IMG/VR virus record: IMGVR_UViG_3300029789_000186
Coordinates: 35,460 to 67,459 of that record
DNA: 32,000 nt
Strand: one strand, 5' to 3'
Origin: a virus
Positions 28,378 through 32,000 of this stretch are shown in pieces. The notes beneath the pieces are model-generated. The model had not been told where the DNA came from. It saw only the letters and a program-made list of their open reading frames with translations, and searched no databases. The translations under genes were made by a program, and so were the position numbers. Within the stretch, counting starts at the first letter, position 1. Every line of letters begins with the position of its first letter.

Positions 28378-28431
28378 TGTGAATGTACGATAGATAGCAT
28401 CTGCGCATTTCAGCGCTCGTACAATTCACAA
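28377..28431 (+). promoter_or_regulatory. Leader stem TTGTGAA.GTACGA / TCGTAC..TTCACAA with inner GCGC/GCGC
   Basis: Extended variant of the family leader stem. Confidence 0.65.
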
Positions 28432-28444
28432 ACTGATACAACTA

Positions 28445-28479
28445 GGCAGACTCATCACCACGATGGGCCTGCCTTTTTT
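28445..28479 (+). terminator. Intrinsic terminator/attenuator
   Basis: GGCAGACTCATCaccacGATGGGCCTGCC then TTTTTT. Confidence 0.75.
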
Positions 28480-28502
28480 GTTTACAGAAAAAGGAGAAAA
28501 AT

Positions 28503-29072
28503 ATGAACACAAAACGAATCAAAGAATTGGCTGCACTGACCGATGGAGAACTTGCAAGGAAACTTCTCATCCAGGAGTTTGGCAATGACTCTGAAACCCA
28601 TTGGGGAAACAACGCACACGATGAACGTGTGATGGTTACTATCAATCCAGACGGAATCGCTCAAAGGACCTGGGAAGCCGACCATTGGGTTCGCCTTGAC
28701 GAATTCGACAAAGACGGTTTCTATGCCCGTGAGATTTACGAGGGAAAATGGGTCGATGAGCCATTGCCCAAAAACGTCATTGCACGAAATGTCACAATTG
28801 CTGCACCGAAACCTATTCAGCAGGAATCCAAAGACACTGAAATTCTTCGAGCGGCACAAGTCCTGTGCAAGCAGCTGACCGGAGACGACACCTTTGGATG
28901 GAATCCTGAGCTTCTTGCACAGATTGCGGATTGCACGGCAGCTTTGCTTGCCACCAACGGAATCAGCTCTCATTTTCCGAGCGCCAATACTGAACCCATC
29001 TGCTCTTGGGAAAAGCCGGTCGTCGAATATCAGCGTCCGGATTACGCCCTGGAGTATGGTACTAACTACTAA
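28503..29072 (+). CDS. Hypothetical protein (189 aa)
   Basis: SD AAAGGAG. Confidence 0.75.
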   Translation: MNTKRIKELAALTDGELARKLLIQEFGNDSETHWGNNAHDERVMVTINPDGIAQRTWEADHWVRLDEFDKDGFYAREIYEGKWVDEPLPKNVIARNVTIAAPKPIQQESKDTEILRAAQVLCKQLTGDDTFGWNPELLAQIADCTAALLATNGISSHFPSANTEPICSWEKPVVEYQRPDYALEYGTNY

Positions 29073-29087
29073 AACGAGGAGGATATC

Positions 29088-29474
29088 ATGGCAAAAAACT
29101 ATTTTGGTGTCGTTCTGACCACCAAGGAACACGATAAATATCGTCTTGTAGTATACCGCTACAAGGACCCTGGCATCCTTAATACCTGCCCGATGTGTCA
29201 GCTGCTTCGGGCCATTCACAAATTCCAGCAGGAATACACTGAAATTCACCGCGAACATTGCAGCCGTATCCCGCCTCGCAAGTGGTACGAGCTTGGCAGA
29301 GTAATGCCGAGTATCGTTCTGCGGAAATACGGCCTGGAAAAGCATTACGAGATGTCATTTGAGCCGAGTCGCGTGCCTCCAGCTTCTGCGCTGAAACTCA
29401 TCCCTGGTGCGACCGCTTCTAACTGGAAGCAGTACATCTGGTACGTTGATGGTGATGTGACGATGCTTGGCTAA
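29088..29474 (+). CDS. Hypothetical protein (128 aa)
   Basis: SD GAGGA. Confidence 0.75.
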   Translation: MAKNYFGVVLTTKEHDKYRLVVYRYKDPGILNTCPMCQLLRAIHKFQQEYTEIHREHCSRIPPRKWYELGRVMPSIVLRKYGLEKHYEMSFEPSRVPPASALKLIPGATASNWKQYIWYVDGDVTMLG

Positions 29475-29480
29475 AGACCA

Positions 29481-29508
29481 TTGCACATTCGTGCGAGACT
29501 CATACAAT
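29481..29508 (+). promoter_or_regulatory. Promoter P11: TTGCAC-N16-TACAAT
   Basis: Spacer attcGTGCGAgactca. Confidence 0.8.
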
Positions 29509-29510
29509 TA

Positions 29511-29565
29511 GAATTGTACGATAGATACCAGCAATCGAAAAGGTGCTTTGCCTTTCGTACAATTC
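29511..29565 (+). promoter_or_regulatory. Leader stem GAATTGTACGA/TCGTACAATTC (11 bp) with inner AAAGG/CCTTT
   Basis: Perfect 11-bp inverted repeat. Confidence 0.75.
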
Positions 29566-29579
29566 ACATTTCGCTTGAA

Positions 29580-29613
29580 GGCGGACTTCCAATATCTGGA
29601 GGTCCGCCTTTTT
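29580..29613 (+). terminator. Intrinsic terminator/attenuator
   Basis: GGCGGACTTCCaatatctGGAGGTCCGCC then TTTTT. Confidence 0.8.
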
Positions 29614-29642
29614 GCGTACTTACAAAAAAAGGAGTGTAAATT

Positions 29643-29933
29643 ATGTTTATCATCACAAAAAATTTTACCGATGACGAGGGCCATCTTTTCACAAAGGTAA
29701 ATCCAAAGCAGTATTCTACCCCGGAAGAAGCATACGATGCTATGCGTGAGGATTACCTCAACGAGCTCAAAAGCCGAGGTCTTGAGGACAACGATAGTTC
29801 CAATGACGATGGCGAATCCTGCCCTGGCGGATACATCATCAGCGATGAGGCTCAAATCTACGATTTTGCCCAATACACCCCGTATGAACAGCTTCTTCCT
29901 GCTGTTTTGTTCGGAGTCCATCGGATTGGTTAA
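29643..29933 (+). CDS. Hypothetical protein (96 aa)
   Basis: SD AAAGGAG. Confidence 0.75.
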   Translation: MFIITKNFTDDEGHLFTKVNPKQYSTPEEAYDAMREDYLNELKSRGLEDNDSSNDDGESCPGGYIISDEAQIYDFAQYTPYEQLLPAVLFGVHRIG

Positions 29934-29944
29934 GGAGAATCGCA

Positions 29945-30751
29945 ATGGCTAAGAAAAGTGCAAGAAAAGAAATCACAAAAATCAACCTGAAACAAGCTGC
30001 GCTCGAAGGTCTTTCCTACGAGAGAGCCTGTGAAACTGCCAAGCGTGCAGGGAAACCCTCTTATCGCTTCACGGTCGGCGACAAAGTACAGGTTGGTCAC
30101 CTTCTAAACTGCGTTGTTGACGAGGCTCTGGAAGGCGGGTACATGTATCTTATCCGCAGTGGTGCAAACAGCGATAACTATTCCTGCTGGGCTTGGACAA
30201 ACGTTCGCCCGCTGGATGATGACAAAGATACGCATTTCGCCAAGCGCAATTCTGCGCTATCCCGCCTGCACTACTCAAACCGCAGTATGTATTCTTTACT
30301 CAGCTTCCAATACCTGTTCGGCGTTGATTTCAACCCTGATTATCAGCGTGGTTCTGTTTGGGATGATGAGGACAGGGAAAAGCTGTTGGACAGCATCTTT
30401 ATGGGTCGCGAGATTGGTCGTTTCGTCTTTAAGCAGCTGCCATTCACTCGCACAAACAACGATGGCAACTACTATGAAATCGTTGATGGCAAGCAGCGTA
30501 TGTTGACCCTGCTTGCTTTTTACGAGAACCGATTCCCGTACAAAGGCGTATTTTACAACGACCTTTCCGCACAGGACAAGAACTGGTTTATGGATGCCTC
30601 CATTGGCGTTGCTGAGATTGACCAGAGCGTAACTCGCGCAGAAGTCTTGGAAATTTTCCTTGCCATGAATGAAGGCGGTAAGCCTGTCGCAAAGGAAGTC
30701 CTCGACCATGCACGCGAATTGCTAAACGAAGAGAAGGGAAAAGGATTATGA
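29945..30751 (+). CDS. DUF262-like (GmrSD/ParB-like fold) protein
   Basis: NPDYQRGSVWDDEDREKLLDSIFMGREIGRFVFKQ...YEIVDGKQRMLTLLAFYENRF. Confidence 0.85.
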   Translation: MAKKSARKEITKINLKQAALEGLSYERACETAKRAGKPSYRFTVGDKVQVGHLLNCVVDEALEGGYMYLIRSGANSDNYSCWAWTNVRPLDDDKDTHFAKRNSALSRLHYSNRSMYSLLSFQYLFGVDFNPDYQRGSVWDDEDREKLLDSIFMGREIGRFVFKQLPFTRTNNDGNYYEIVDGKQRMLTLLAFYENRFPYKGVFYNDLSAQDKNWFMDASIGVAEIDQSVTRAEVLEIFLAMNEGGKPVAKEVLDHARELLNEEKGKGL

Positions 30752-31425
30752 TTCCTATGTTCAAACAAAAGGTCGGTATGACGAAAATTTATGCAAAAGG
30801 AATCGCAGAACTCTTTCTTATTCGCTGCAATCCCTATCATTGGGACGGCAGCGGGGAAGTGCCTGATAACATCAGCTTCGATGTGTACAAGCGCAAAATC
30901 GATGAAACATACGATGGCTGCACACTCGAAATTCAGCTTTGCAAACCTGATGGTTGTCTTTGCTATGCGGCTTCTGTTCACCTGTATGAAGGCGGATTCT
31001 GGACAGGGCACGGCATTGGCTGTTTCGACAAGACTGCGATTTGCAACGACCCTGGTTCTGTCGATGCCTTGACAAGCGCCATCATGCGAGTGTGCATGAT
31101 ATACGAAAATCTCACAAATTTCCGCAAGGTTTTCGTCAAGTGCCTTACCATCAGCCAGAAACGAATGAACGAAATCAAGCAGTATACCGATGACGGCAAA
31201 GAGCAGGATGAGATTGAGTTCGAATCCGTTATCTTCGCCGATGGTATGCACATGGATGTTCGCTGCATTCCACGCCACAATGGACCTTCCTGGTGCGAAG
31301 CGGCTATTTATCGTGAGGATGAGGATATCGTCACGTCTGAGCCGAGCAACTCGTTCTATAACCATTGGGTTTGCCAGACGGCAAACGCCACCTACCATCT
31401 TTATATGGGTATTGATGACGAATAA
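30748..31425 (+). CDS. Hypothetical partner protein (225 aa), translationally coupled to DUF262-like gene
   Basis: ATGA overlap with preceding stop. Confidence 0.75.
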   Translation: MIPMFKQKVGMTKIYAKGIAELFLIRCNPYHWDGSGEVPDNISFDVYKRKIDETYDGCTLEIQLCKPDGCLCYAASVHLYEGGFWTGHGIGCFDKTAICNDPGSVDALTSAIMRVCMIYENLTNFRKVFVKCLTISQKRMNEIKQYTDDGKEQDEIEFESVIFADGMHMDVRCIPRHNGPSWCEAAIYREDEDIVTSEPSNSFYNHWVCQTANATYHLYMGIDDE

Positions 31426-31428
31426 AAC

Positions 31429-31456
31429 TTGACGCGTCTTGCGAACAGCATATCAT
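31429..31456 (+). promoter_or_regulatory. Promoter P12: TTGACG-N16-TATCAT
   Basis: Spacer cgtcTTGCGAacagca. Confidence 0.8.
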
Positions 31457-31459
31457 AGA

Positions 31460-31512
31460 AATTGTACGATAGATACCAGCAATCGAAAGGGCGTTTTGCC
31501 TTTCGTACAATT
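31460..31512 (+). promoter_or_regulatory. Leader stem AATTGTACGA/TCGTACAATT (10 bp) with inner AAAGG/CCTTT
   Basis: Perfect 10-bp inverted repeat. Confidence 0.75.
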
Positions 31513-31530
31513 CACAATTTCGCATGAAGA

Positions 31531-31564
31531 GCGGACTTCCCATATCGGGAGGTCCGTTTTTTTT
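31531..31564 (+). terminator. Intrinsic terminator/attenuator
   Basis: GCGGACTTCCCatatCGGGAGGTCCGT then T tract. Confidence 0.75.
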
Positions 31565-31595
31565 GCGTTATAACAGCAAAAAGGAGTGTATTTTT

Positions 31596-32000
31596 ATGAA
31601 ACTGACAATCACAGGCCAAATCGATGGCAAATCCGTGCCAATTACTATCCCGATTGAGAAGGTTATCGAGGCTTTCTGGCCCTACGCCACCAAACCTTCT
31701 GCTCTCTCTGTTTCCACTGAGCTTGACGCAGACGGCATCAGTGCTAACTTTATGCTCGGCCAGGAAACGAAGGATTCTTATCCCGGTATCTGGCTCACCA
31801 GCAAAAACAGCAATACCGGTCGTGCAGGTTTCTGGTTCTGTTTGGAGCTGCCGAACGAAACCAACGACATGGTAAAAGGCTATCTGTACGCTGGCGATGA
31901 TGAAACAGAGACGGACCAACCTCTAGCTGTTATCGCTGATGGCGTTCGCAATGAGGACGACGAGTCGAAGCGCGTGCTTTGGGTGGATGGGTCGTTGACT
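31596..32000 (+). CDS. Hypothetical protein, 3' end outside window
   Basis: SD AAAGGAG, ATG 31596 (MKLTITGQIDGKSVPITIP), open to window end. Confidence 0.75.
   Translation, partial: MKLTITGQIDGKSVPITIPIEKVIEAFWPYATKPSALSVSTELDADGISANFMLGQETKDSYPGIWLTSKNSNTGRAGFWFCLELPNETNDMVKGYLYAGDDETETDQPLAVIADGVRNEDDESKRVLWVDGSLT

Overview
The window reads as a dense, almost entirely plus-strand accessory region (phage- or megaplasmid-like, probably from a Firmicutes/Clostridia-type host; host and replicon are inference). It encodes many small hypothetical proteins. Recognisable products are an NAD-dependent DNA ligase (ligA), a GHKL/HSP90-like ATPase, an ASCH-domain protein, a phage-tail-lysozyme-like secreted protein, an InlB-repeat secreted protein, a lipoprotein, an alpha/beta hydrolase, a stand-alone DUF262-like protein, and two divergent IscB-family (RRXRR/HNH/RuvC) nucleases. 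The first IscB has a long HEARO/omega-RNA-like leader. The strongest undescribed-looking signal is regulatory. Twelve plus-strand promoters share TTGNNN-N16-TANNAT (one has GATAAT), each with TGCGA at spacer positions 6-10. Eight continue into a leader with AGATANCAKC/T exactly 14 nt after the -10 and then an intrinsic terminator. In seven of these the terminator sits directly in front of the gene's Shine-Dalgarno, which suggests a reused promoter-leader-terminator attenuation or antitermination cassette. A second signal is a 122-codon frame (19195-19563) with a strong Shine-Dalgarno and two in-frame TAG codons, with a nested RNA structure starting 7 nt after the first TAG. This could be amber recoding, programmed readthrough, or a pseudogene. 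All calls come from reading the sequence; no database search or folding program was run.
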